Notes under the pieces: generated by a model
Databases searched by the model: none
Told to the model about the DNA's origin: nothing
What the model saw: only the letters and a program-made list of their open reading frames with translations
Assembly: GCF_006345805.1 (NCBI RefSeq)
Contig: NW_021836579.1
Coordinates: forward strand, 1 to 23,482
Direction of reading: 5' to 3'
DNA: 23,482 bases
From: Octopus sinensis
Lineage: Eukaryota
Shown here: one piece after another, positions 1-9,657 of the stretch
How positions within the stretch are numbered: the first letter of the stretch is position 1
Layout of the letters: each line of letters begins with the position of its first letter
Program-made: the position numbers and the translations under genes

Positions 1-156
1 AAGGAAAAGAAAAAGAGGGAAAGAAAGAAAATGAAAATGTAAATTATTCATTTTTCCTTGCCATAGCAACACTGACGTAATAAGTGATGTAAACCTCCGA
101 AAGTTATTTCCCAAGTTAGTTTAACATGACTAATATTGTTACAATTATTTATTTAT

Positions 157-265
157 TCGAATTTCCATGGTCGATAAAATAAGTACCAGTTAAACACTGG
201 GGTCGATGAAATCGACTAGCCTCCTCCCCTAAATTTCAAGCCTTGAGTCTATTGTACAAAGTTTC
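157..265 (+). mobile_element. 5'-truncated tRNA-derived SINE (core plus tail type ending in (ATT)n)
   Basis: Contains GGTCGATAAAATAAGTACCAGTT...CACTGGGGTCGATGAAATCGAC, the same core as the SINEs at 5410-5699, 6110-6514 and 7378-7596. Its tail (CTCCCCTAAATTTCAAGCCTTG...) runs into ATT repeats. Confidence 0.75.
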
Positions 266-295
266 ATTATTACTTATTATTGTTATTATTATTAT
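266..295. repeat. Imperfect (ATT)n microsatellite
   Basis: ATTATTACTTATTATTGTTATTATTATTATT read directly. Confidence 0.85.
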
Positions 296-850
296 TGAGT
301 GGGAAAGCAGTGCATGCCACCAAAGAGACACTGGGGTAAAATATACGAAGCCCAGTATACCCATCATGACTACCCGTCTGCTAAGGGTACACAAAGCACA
401 CGCATCACAACCATATGTGCGCGACATGGTGATCTCATACCAAGATAATCAGCACATGACCTTGCAGGTGGGGCCCAGTTAGAATTTTCTTCAGGTTGAA
501 TAACCCAGCCCGCTCAAAAGGTCCCTGAATAAGGGTTGTTTAAGGATGTTGAACGAAACACCCATATTTCCAGAGGTGAATTATTCAAACCCCAAAGAAT
601 CCCTCTCAACACATGGCTATGATGCTCCCCCACTACTTCTGCTCGTGATCAAAGATGGACATATCGTCAGCCACTAAGGGAAATGTTCAACTGGTTAAGG
701 GCAAACAACTGACAAGCAAATCTGTAGTATTGAGCAGAATATTTGCTGTAGCCCATCTTTTATACCAAGACAAAACAATGTACATGATAGCACTTCCAAT
801 CAGTTAAGATCAGCAGCCATGAGAACCACTGCCTGGTACTGCATCAGGGC

Positions 851-852
<2 letters not shown>
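296..852 (-). mobile_element. ~557-bp non-coding element flanked by (ATT)n on both sides; probable non-autonomous retroposon
   Basis: Higher-complexity sequence with sharp boundaries into (ATT)n at both ends and no convincing ORF. An ACTGGG/CCCAGT stem lies near the 296 end, before (AAT)n on the minus strand. Orientation is inferred. Confidence 0.45.
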
Positions 853-909
<57 letters not shown>

Positions 910-931
910 TATTATTATTATTATTATTATT
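853..931. repeat. (ATT)n/(TAA)n microsatellite; 3' tail or target of the R4/Dong-like element
   Basis: Near-perfect ATT repeats that begin ~70 nt after the stop codon of the minus-strand RLE element. Confidence 0.95.
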
Positions 932-3900
932 CATATACACACAACAGATTAGACTGTTTGAAAAGAAAAGAATCCTAACATCGGCTTACAGCAAATAACC
1001 TTAGATGCCAAGAACCCTACTAAGTATCCTAGCTGTCCCTAATAACACTGTTTTCTGCAGCTGACCTAAACTGGATTTTATACCTATTTTCTCTATCCAT
1101 CTGTTCAGATATTTAGGGATAGTTCCCAATGCACCTATAACTACTGGGATACATTTTTACCCGCACTTTCCATAGTCTCTGTAATTCAATAGCTAGGTTC
1201 TGGTACTTTGCTATTTTTTCTATACCTCTCATATTAATATTTTCATTATTTGGGACTGTAAAATCATTTAACTGCTACTTATCTACTACTACCAAATAAG
1301 GCCTTCTAGCTCCTATTACTCTATCAGTCTGAATGTCAAAGTCCCACAACATCTGGTACTTCTTACTTTCTAGTACTTTACTAGGTTCATGTTCGTAACA
1401 TTTATCAGTATCTTCAAATTTTAGTTTTCCGCATAACTCCCTGTGGATTACTCTTCCTAGGTTGTCGTGTCTTTTCCTGTATTCTTTCTGTGCCAGCATG
1501 CTACATTCACTTACTATATGAGTAACGCTTTCCTCTTTTGATTTGCATAACCTACATTGGGAATCTACTTGGTTTTTGTCTATCTTGGCTTTGATCCAAT
1601 TAGTCCTTAATGCTTGACCTTGTGCAGCTACTAACAAACTTTCTGTCTCTCTCTTCAGCTTTCCCTTCGGCAGCCATGTCTCACTACTACTATTTGCTGA
1701 GAATCTACTATGCAATGCCTTCTCTTCCTATCAGATAATTTCTGTTCTTTTTTCTAATTTTTAAATTCATTTGGTGTTTTGGTTTCCCTAAGTCTTGCTG
1801 TAACTCTAGCAGCTTTTTATAGACTTTCTTCACTATTACCTACATAGGAGTCTATATCTACTCTAGCTAACTCCACACAGTCTTCCGCTAATATTAACCC
1901 TTTTCCACCTTCCTTCTAGGTAGGTATAATCTTGCTACACCTGCTCTTAGGTGGAATCCTCCATTCATATTGAATTCCTTCCTAGTTCTTGTCTGTCTAG
2001 CTTTGCTAATTCAGTTTTTGTCCAATCTGCAAAAGCTGCTGAGTATCTAAGTAATGATACTGCCCAATTATTTACAACCTTCACTAGGTTCGGATCATTT
2101 AGCTTTGACTTCATTAGCTTCCATATCCTTCTGATGTAATCCTTCTCAATTGTCGTTTTCATTTCTATAATTAGTACTCTGTCAGATTCTAATATTCTTA
2201 GTCGCTTATAACTCTCTCCTCCTTTCAATGATTTTAATGTCTAGCCGTCTGGTAATTGGATGCCTTTGCTGTTGACTACCAGTCCCCTTCTCATGACTAA
2301 TATTACACACTTACCTATGCCAAATTCCATGCCTATATCTTTGCTGAAGAGTCTTACAGTCTGTATTAAAGAATCTCTTTTTCATTCTTACTAAAAAGTT
2401 TGATTGTCCATGTAGAACAAATGATTGATTTTTCCATTACTATTTCTGAACTGATACCCTGCCTTTGTCTTCCTTAATACTAAACTGAGGGAGATCAAAC
2501 ATAGAACAAATATTACAGGGTACAGCGAGTCTCCCTGGAAAATACCTCTTTTGATTTCAATTTTCCCTAAGAGAGTGTCACACGAGTATAGATCTACCTT
2601 CCATTTCTTCATACTAAAGCTAATTAATTCTCTTACGTTGTCTGCTATATTGAACATACTCAAACATTCACTTATCCATGAGTGTGGGATCATATCATAG
2701 GCTTTCCTATAATTTATCCATGCTATTGTTAGCTTTTTCTTTCGAGATTTTACTTCATTTAGAACTGTTTTGTCTATATATAATAGATCGTGCGTTCCTC
2801 TAGCCTTCTTCCTACAATCTTTCTGTTCTTCTTGTAGTAAATTCTGGTTGTCAAGTTACTCGTAAATGCTTTCTGAAAGCATTCCTGTTAACAACTTCCA
2901 CACTAATGGTAAGCAAGTGATTGGTTTTTAGTTGCTAGCCGTATTACTCTTGCTCTTATCCTTCATAATGCGTATTGTCCTCCCTCTAGTCAGCCAATCT
3001 ACTGTTATTCCTTCATTAAGACAATCCTGAAATTTTCCCCTCAGCCTTCCATGTAAACTACTAACTATCTTTAACCAGTACCTTTGAACTATATCTGGTC
3101 CTGGGCCCTTCAAATTCGGCATTTTTCCTAACACTTTACTCATTAATGCACTAGTTAATCTTAGAACTGGCTGCTTCTCACTCACTACCTCTTCCCTCAC
3201 TTTATTTAACCATTCTGCATCTCCATTATGATAGACTGGCTTATCCAAAATATGACTCCAGAACTTTCTACCTTCTTCTGAATTGGGTTTCACACCTTCA
3301 GTAGTTCGTTCTCCACTATTTATTTGGTTATAAAATCTCCTCTGGTCTGTCTCAAATAATCTATTCTGTTGATACTGATCTATTCTTTTCTGATATCTGG
3401 AGACCTTGTCTGCTGCTGCTTTGATACGCTGTTTCAATTCTTCTATTACTGTCCCAAATCCTTTCTCTTTGACTAAATATCTTTTCTCACGGGAAGATTT
3501 GCATCTTGTGTTTCCTAACTTGTTCAGTTTCCCCGTTTCTATTCTCAGATCTTATCGTAAAATCACTTTATTTTGTCATTTCCTTTTCCACATTTGCTCT
3601 TTTTCAATCTTTCCCGGTGAGATATCTAATCTTCTGATGACTACTACCCCTCCTGCATAGATCAATAAGTTAGTCTCTTCTATATTTTTAGCATCTATCC
3701 TCCTGACAACAGAAACTACATTCCTAGTAATTTCTTGTAGCTTCATTCTGTTGATGTCTTTTAATGCTGGCAATCTTTTTCTTACTTCTTGACACATTAC
3801 TTCTTGCAACTCATCTAAAATCTTCTGATCTTCCTCATTTAAGTCACTTAAGTCGTTGGTACCAGGTGTCCCTTCTTTATTGGTAGCGCTATTATTATTT

Positions 3901-4430
3901 TTTCCTTTAGATTCTTCTTTGGTTTAAGCTGTATCTCTTATGTTGTTGTTTGTCTTTCCCACTGCCTGGTCTTCCTTTTCCAGTTCTGCTGTGATCTATT
4001 CTACCTCCAATTCTGTCATCCACTTTCTTCTCCTAATAACTTTAGCTTGATCAACTAATCTCTGCTCAGTCACTTTAAACATACCCTTCTCTACCCAAAG
4101 TCTTAACATCCATTTTCTATAGCCCCTTCTTTTAGGTTCACTTTCTAAGTAGCACTGCATCACTATCCTGTTTTCTTCGTTGGTCCACTTCTTCCTCCTT
4201 ACACTATAATTGCTGATGCTGTATTAGGATAACAGCTGTGGTCAGTTTGCATCTTTACTGATCCACTGTCGAGTGAGAGGTCTTCCCTAATAGGTCCAGC
4301 TTCATTTTCTCTGTTACAACCCGAGTTTTTCGAAATCTCCTCTCTCTCGTAAACTGAGGTAAGGCAACGTTCGTCACCACCGTCATCACCACTCTTATTT
4401 ATCGACATCAGAAAATTTCAAGCAGCTTTC
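932..4430 (-). mobile_element. R4/Dong-like non-LTR retrotransposon with restriction-like endonuclease; near full length, decayed
   Basis: Single long ORF (broken) with N-terminal, RT, CCHC and RLE motifs, a short 3' UTR (932-1000), then (TAA)n. The 5' boundary is approximate. Confidence 0.85.
1001..4408 (-). pseudogene. Disrupted RT-RLE polyprotein ORF of the R4/Dong-like element
   Basis: N-terminal KWTNEENRIVMQCYLESEPKRRGYRKWM..TEQRLVDQAKVI. RT motifs GPGPD..YWLK, WINYRKAYDMIPHSW, RGIFQGDSL, INHLFYMD, IGMEFG..KC. CCHC CRLCKSKEESVTHIVSEC, RHD, and RLE LWDFDIQTDRVIGARRPYLVVVDK. Ends ARILSRVLGI* at 1001. Multiple stops and frameshifts. Confidence 0.88.
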
Positions 4431-4554
4431 TATTGCATCATTTGTTGCACCTTTGTGCAAGTAGGATGATGCGTGCTGCATTTTTTGTAGGGGGTGGATA
4501 TTGTATTGCATCAGTACGTTTTGTTATGTATGTATATATTATGGTTTTCTACAT

Positions 4555-4556
4555 TT

Positions 4557-4612
<56 letters not shown>

Positions 4613-4691
4613 TATTATATATATATAATTATATAATATATATATAATAATTAATTTTATTGTATCGCATTTGACTTTGGTTATATATATA

Positions 4692-4722
<31 letters not shown>
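4555..4722. repeat. Imperfect (TA)n tract
   Basis: Read directly. Confidence 0.9.
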
Positions 4723-4801
4723 CCTATATGTTGACATTTCACTTAGCATGAGAATATGCGTGTTGATACGTTTGTAAACGTCATTATCTACAACAAACAG
4801 A

Positions 4802-5236
4802 TACGTACGGAGGAAATGTGAAAACCATTTTAATTGACAAAGACAGATACAACAGGTTGAAGGAGATGTGTAACGTTGATCTGCCGGGATTTGCGGTGGA
4901 GTTTGAAAAGCTACCGAATGTAGTGGAATTAAGAGAACTGGAACCATTCATAGTATATTTTTAAAAAAAGTAATTTCTTTTTTTTTTTTAAAGAGAGAGC
5001 AAAAACGATGCTGAGGGAGAAAAAACAAGGGAAGAAGAAAAAAGATTATAAACTACGAGTAAAAACGTTCAAATGGTACTGCATGAGACTGGGGCTCATG
5101 CAGCCATTTCATTTTTCATTTTTATATAGCATTTTTCTAATTTTGCATTTGTTTTATGTTTTTGTCCCAACTGTGACGTTCTGTCTGTCCTTGTGCTCTC
5201 CCATCTGTGTTTGGCCCTTGTGGATGCAAATAAAAA
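4802..5236 (+). mobile_element. 435-bp 5'-truncated retroposed insertion with a 21-bp target-site duplication
   Basis: Exact direct repeat TCATTATCTACAACAAACAGA at 4781-4801 and 5237-5257. The insert has a 53-codon open frame (4803-4964), then A-rich and U-rich tracts, then the tail TCTGTGTTTGGCCCTTGTGGATGCAAATAAAAA. Confidence 0.7.
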
Positions 5237-5409
5237 TCATTATCTACAACAAACAGAGAACCTTAATCGCTTTGTTTGAAACTACGTGGTGTCTTTATCA
5301 GTAAATTAACGTCAGTTTCTTGACCATAGGTTGTTCAGGCCAATCTACACGATTTTCATGAAGAGAGTTGTATTATAAAACATATCGTTATTTGCCCTGT
5401 GTACGGCGA

Positions 5410-5699
5410 CAACCAGAAGTCAACCACGGCGAAATTTGAACTCAGAACGTAGCAACAGACGAAATACCTATTTCTTTACTACACACAAGGGACTAAACAC
5501 AGAGGGGACAAACAAGGACAGACTAACGGATTAAGTCGATTATATCGACCCCAGTGCGTAACTGTTACTTATTTAATCGACCCCAAAAGGATGAAATGCA
5601 AAGTCGACCTCGACGGAATTTGAACTCAGAATGTAGCGACAGACGAAATACCGCAAAGCATTTCGGCCTGCGTGCTAACGTTTCTGCCAGCTCTCCGCG
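5410..5699 (-). mobile_element. tRNA-derived SINE (full first unit plus the start of a second unit)
   Basis: Reverse complement of 6110-~6400: head GAGCTGGCAGAAACGTTAGCACG, B-box-like GAGTTCAAATTCC, core, tail ...TTGTGTGTAGTAAAGAAATA, then GGTATTTCGTCTG restarting a second unit. Confidence 0.85.
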
Positions 5700-6109
5700 T
5701 AATTTACATAGCTATTCCTACTCCGTTTAGTACGTCATAGAATAACTTACTCCTTTAACGCTCGGTGTTTCGATATGTCACGTCAGCCAGAAGTAGCCTA
5801 AACTATCCACTTCTTTTGTCTATATATTCAGCTGACAAGCTATTTGCTGATCAGAGTTTATACCAGCCAACCGATGATAAATATCGTTACGTTTACTGTG
5901 TACAGCGCGGAAACAGCTGCTCATTAAATTTTGGTTGTAAAGCTCACTCATCTGGAAAGTGACAGTTACTTAGCCACTCCTTCGTAACGTGCTTTCACGA
6001 ATTTCGTTACCTTTAGCAAATGAAAGTGGTTTAGTTACAAACCTACGCCCTCTCCTTTGGAGGAGTCTCTATTTCTTATCAATTTTGCTTTTAATATAAT
6101 TATATCTAA

Positions 6110-6514
6110 GGCGGCGAGCTGGCAGAAACGTTAGCACGCCGGGTGAAATGCTTAGCGGTATTTCGTCTGCCGCTACGTTTTGAGTTCAAATTCCACCGAG
6201 GTCAACTTTGCCTTTCATCCTTTCGGGGTCGATTAAAGAAGTACCAGTTACGCACTGGAGTCGATATAATCGACTTAATCCGTTTGTCTGTCCTTGTTTG
6301 CCCTCTCTGTGTTTAGCCCCTTGTGGGTAGTAAAGAAATAGGTATTTTGTCTGTTGTTACGTTCTGAGTTCAAATTTCGCCGTGGACGACTTTACCTTTC
6401 GTCCTTTCAAGGTCGATAAAATAAGTACCAGTTACGCACTGGGGTCGATACAATCGACTTAATCCCTTTGTTTGTCCCCTCTGTGTTTAGTTTCTTGTGG
6501 GCAATAAAGAAATA
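6110..6514 (+). mobile_element. Dimeric tRNA-derived SINE with a 17-bp TSD
   Basis: A-box-like TGGCAGAAACG and B-box-like GTTCAAATTCC. Unit 1 is 6110-6340 and a 5'-shortened unit 2 is 6341-6514. TSD AATATAATTATATCTAA at 6093-6109 and 6515-6531. Confidence 0.9.
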
Positions 6515-6919
6515 AATATAATTATATCTAAAGATATTTTTAACTTCATAGATTGATTTGATTTTGACGATGGAAGGGTGTATACCGTCTGATGAAATAG
6601 GGTTGTTATGGTATTATGAGAAATTATGCAATATTGCATAATTATTGTGCATTATTGAATACATTGTTATTGTATTGCATCGCGTGTCGTGAAGTTTTGA
6701 GCTACCTATTCTCATTTCTTTACTACAGTATATACTGCCAATGCATAACAATTATTAGGCTGTCTGCGATCATTACACACAGATGCTTAACTTCGCATGG
6801 TCTGTTATATTGATCAATTGAATGATTAAGAAGATTTTAGCCTGATACATGTGAAGGTGCTATTAAATTAATTGCCGTGATCTCTTTGATCTCTACATAA
6901 TTACAAATATAAGTGTCTA

Positions 6920-7247
<328 letters not shown>

Positions 7248-7377
7248 AAAAAGGTGGAGGATCTTTAACAGGAGCTGTTAAACCATACAAGTTGAAATTA
7301 TTCGGCGCATCGGAAATGACCGAAATCGCAGAGAGATTATCAACCAAAGACTTTTATCCATTTAACATTCCACTTCC

Positions 7378-7596
7378 CGAAGGCGGTGAGCTGACAGAAT
7401 CGTTAAGACGTTGAGAAGAATGCTTAGCAATATTTCATCCGTCTTTATATTCTGAGTTTAAATTCGTCGAGATCGACTTTGCCTTTCATGCTCTCGGAGA
7501 TCGATAAACTAAGTACCAGCGCAGTACTGGGGTTGATGTAATCGACTTACCTCTTCCTTCGAACTTGCTAGCCTTGTGCCAAAATTTGAAATATAT
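7378..7596 (+). mobile_element. Diverged tRNA-derived SINE with a different tail (…GCCTTGTGCCAAAATTTGAAA) and an 11-bp TSD
   Basis: Same head and core as 6110-6340. TSD ATTCCACTTCC at 7367-7377 and 7597-7607. Confidence 0.8.
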
Positions 7597-8264
7597 ATTC
7601 CACTTCCTTGGGGATAAACCCTGTGGGTGGCATTGATCTCATCTTCGCAAATCTACCATAAAGATAGGCACGACCACTGAAACCAGCTGAAGCAGGCTGT
7701 GTTTGATAAGAGACTGCAGATGAAACCCTTTTTTCAGGCGATGGCTAATTCAGTCTGTATTGCCCACCTCAGGCAAAATGTACAGAATAAGGAGTAAAAT
7801 GCTTGTGATTCAGATCCCTGATGATGATACAGAAGAGTTACCGGCTTTACGATGGGTTCTGAAGGGTTTGCAAAACATCTGAGAAGTTCCTTCCGTTTCT
7901 GCGTAGGGAAAAGAACCTTTGGTGTTTAGTCCGCATTTATTTTATCTTTAACAGTAATATACTGTGTTGATAAGGAACCATTCTCTATAGAAATGTGACT
8001 TTCAACTAGTGACAGAAAAATCAATATTAAAGATGTGCAGAATATTAGAACAAAATCGATATCACCAGCCGGAAAAGTTTTCGTGCTGTTCCGTCCATCA
8101 TATTTTGCTTCGTGTGTATTCGTGTTGTATCGTATGTATTCGTATATATTCGTGTGGTCTCTGACCTCGATTTAGCTTCTCTTTTTTATATTTTCGTAAA
8201 GTTCCTGATCTGCATATTAGAATTTTTAATGACATTCACTTGGCAATTACATAAACATAATTGT

Positions 8265-8336
8265 ACATATACATACATACATGCATACATACATACATAC
8301 ATACATACATACATACATACATACATACGTACGTAC
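8265..8336. repeat. (CATA)n microsatellite
   Basis: Read directly. Confidence 0.9.
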
Positions 8337-8910
8337 ATGGTGGCTGCCCCCTCGTTATCGAGTATGGCCATTGCACGAAACTTAATCAATGTTGTTATCG
8401 TGCAATGCCTGTGCAAGAAGATTTTTTTTAAAGTGAGGAAAGGCTGTGCACTGAGTCAATCCCACTCACTAAGCAACAGCAGCCATAATCCGAAAAGAAG
8501 AACAAGTCAACATCATCGGTAACCACTGAGCCGCAGGTTTTATGTCGGAGTTATCCCAGTTACCTGAGTTACCTTCTCCTAGAAGGATGCCCTAACAAAG
8601 GCTATGAGTCCTTCACTTCCAATGGTTTAACCGCGCGATCGGGTATTCAGTCCGATTATTTCTATGTCCCCGCGCATGATACAGCCTTAAGCCTTAAGAG
8701 AAAAAAATAGAGATTTATTGGATGACCGTTGACTCTTAATAGTTCCTCCGCCCTTTGACAGGTTTTGTCTTTCATCCCGCAGGGTGTCCAATAAACACCC
8801 TCCTCACCAAGCAAGCTGGTGGGTTTGCCAGTTGTGTCGCCGACGGCCCGACCATGCAACAGGTTGTACTGGGTTACATGTTACCAGTAGCACTCGAAAG
8901 TGACCTGACA
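8337..8910 (-). mobile_element. ~575-bp non-coding element between (CATA)n tracts; probable non-autonomous RTE-type derivative
   Basis: Flanked by (CATA)n on both sides. 10-bp stem CATTGCACGA/TCGTGCAATG (8369-8407) near the putative 3' end, followed by (TATG)n on the minus strand. The internal TAGGAGAAGGTAAC...AAACCTGCGGC recalls RTE 5' UTRs (recognition only, not searched). Confidence 0.5.
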
Positions 8911-9240
8911 TAACATACATACATACATACATACAATACAATACAATACATACATACATACATGCATATGTGTATGTGTCTGTATTAACGTATATATATG
9001 TAAATATGTATGTGTTTTATGCATTCACATCTATTTCTCACGTCTGTATAGCCCAGCAAGTATATCAGTGTGTATGTATATGTGTGCATGTGAGTGTGTC
9101 TGTGTGTGCGTGTGTGTGCATATGTGTATGTGTACGTGTGCATGAGTGTGTGTATGTTTATGTGTATGCGTATGCGTATGTTTGTGTGCTTGTGTATGTG
9201 TGGTGTGTGTGTGGACTATGTGTGTGCCTGGATCTATGTG
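8911..9240. repeat. (CATA)n/(CAATA)n followed by a degenerate (TG)n/(TATG)n tract
   Basis: Read directly. Confidence 0.85.
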
Positions 9241-9297
9241 TTTTCCTGATCTGTACTTCACAATTTTTAAGGGTCATTCACTTGGTACATACATGCA

Positions 9298-9300
9298 GAT

Positions 9301-9366
<66 letters not shown>

Positions 9367-9405
9367 TGGATAGATAGATAGATAGATAGATAGATGGATA
9401 GATAG

Positions 9406-9436
<31 letters not shown>

Positions 9437-9599
9437 GATGGATAGATAGATAGATAGATAGATAGATGATAAGAGATAGATAGATAGATAGATAGATAGG
9501 TAGGTAGATAGATAGATAGATGAGCATAGTAGATAGATAGATGATAGATAGATAAGATAGATATGTGTCTTATTTCCACACAGGGCTAGCACACAGATG

Positions 9600-9638
<39 letters not shown>

Positions 9639-9657
9639 GATAGATAGATAGATAGAT

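Noticed and set aside
640-680. CTGACGA hammerhead-like core on the minus strand
   Set aside because: No matching GAAA or supporting stems nearby.
790-852. Faint likeness to U2 snRNA (ATCAGTTAAGATC, CCTGGTACTGCA)
   Set aside because: Only short scattered matches, with no Sm site or colinear U2 sequence.
6110-6200. tRNA gene
   Set aside because: It has A/B-box-like motifs but no cloverleaf and continues into a SINE body.
6259-6275. AGTCGAT-ATA-ATCGACT hairpin
   Set aside because: Real, but a standard part of each SINE core here, so not a separate feature.
7600-8260. Possible host exon
   Set aside because: No long open frame, recognisable domain or convincing splice signals.
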